Virus record (IMG/VR): IMGVR_UViG_3300016722_000008
Span: 1 to 36,040 of that record
Length of the DNA: 36,040 nt
Direction: 5' to 3' (one strand)
Source of the DNA: a virus
Lineage: Duplodnaviria; Caudoviricetes
A program made the translations under genes and the position numbers. A model generated the notes under the pieces. The model was not told where the DNA came from. It saw only the letters and a list, made by a program, of their open reading frames with translations, and did no database searches. This document shows positions 35,448 through 36,040 of this stretch, piece by piece (position 1 is the first letter of the stretch; the number at the start of each line of letters is the position of its first letter).

Positions 35448-36040
35448 ATGTGGACTCCATGGGTTGGATCAAACAACGCCTGGACCAATGAGGCGACCAG
35501 CTGGGTAGGTACTGCCGCGTCTTCCGTCATTTCGGGTGACGCGGCAGTGGCCGGCGTCGTGGCCAGCGTGGCCAGCGGCCAAAAAAATGGACTGGGCGGC
35601 GCGACTGCAACAGCCAAACCTTCGTGTGCGGCCGTTGGCGCCAAGGTCACGGCAGGGCAGGCCGGAGCCGGTAGCATCGGGACTGTCCAGGCCTCCGGCG
35701 CTGTCATTGCCAGCGGGCAGGCATCTGCCCATGGGGCGGTTACTTGCGCTGCGTCGGGGGCAAAGGTTGCCAGTGGACAGGCTGACACTGCAGGGCGTTG
35801 CGCCGCTATCGCGTCGGGCGGCAAGCTGGTCGGCCAGCGGGCCGACGCCAACGGCCTGGCACAGGCCCGGGCGGTCGGTCAAAAGCTGGCAGTCGGTACG
35901 GCGTCTTCCAACGCACACGTGGAAACAGCCGCTTTTGGCGGTCCTGTCATTGGCGGTAACGGCTTGGCCACCGTGGTGGGCACCCCGACAGCCCGGGGGG
36001 CACAAGAGGGGGCCCGGCCGGCCCGCCGCTACTGCCGCGC
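35448..36040 (+). CDS. Ala/Gly-rich fibre-like protein with 20-aa repeats (3' truncated by the window; not in the ORF track)
   Basis: ATG 35448 three bases after the previous stop; open to the window end. Begins MWTPWVGSNNAW, then A(S/V)GxK-started repeats every 20 residues. Confidence 0.75.
   Translation, partial: MWTPWVGSNNAWTNEATSWVGTAASSVISGDAAVAGVVASVASGQKNGLGGATATAKPSCAAVGAKVTAGQAGAGSIGTVQASGAVIASGQASAHGAVTCAASGAKVASGQADTAGRCAAIASGGKLVGQRADANGLAQARAVGQKLAVGTASSNAHVETAAFGGPVIGGNGLATVVGTPTARGAQEGARPARRYCR

Larger units (their letters stand above)
1..36040 (+). mobile_element. Late gene region of a podovirus-like phage/prophage (N4-gp56-type capsid, giant polyvalent virion protein)
   Basis: Contiguous co-oriented, mostly translationally coupled genes for terminase, lysis, portal, scaffold, capsid, tail and ejection proteins. 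No tail tube, sheath or tape-measure gene recognised. No att site or integrase in the window, so prophage versus free phage cannot be decided. Confidence 0.93.

Overview
The whole window is the late (packaging, lysis, virion) region of a GC-rich short-tailed phage or prophage, with every recognisable gene on the + strand. Gene order: GpA-type terminase large subunit, a probable inactive terminase-nuclease-like protein, a small HTH protein, a DUF1640-like coiled-coil membrane protein, a regulatory intergenic region (10.5-bp phased repeats, extended -10, 16-bp hairpin/terminator), a lysis cassette (SLT endolysin, membrane proteins, patatin-like phospholipase, holin), portal, staple, scaffold, N4-gp56-type major capsid, decoration/adaptor/nozzle genes, an AT-rich three-gene tail module, a tail protein with an inserted transglutaminase-like domain, two ejection-type proteins, a 4386-aa polyvalent virion protein (DarB-like N6-methyltransferase plus SF2 helicase, zincin motif, MuF-C/PBECR-like RNase fold, PLxRFG-like region) and three further tail genes. 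The most striking signals are two complete expression units hidden inside the giant gene. One is an overprinted 130-aa gene with its own sigma70-like promoter and SD, ending where the methyltransferase domain begins. The other is an antisense promoter, a ~69-nt structured RNA and a U-tract inside the end of the MuF-C/PBECR-like domain. Together they suggest effector domains that each carry a built-in cognate inhibitor (protein or RNA). All family assignments are from motif recognition by eye; no searches or computations were run. A Desulfovibrionaceae-like host is a weak guess.
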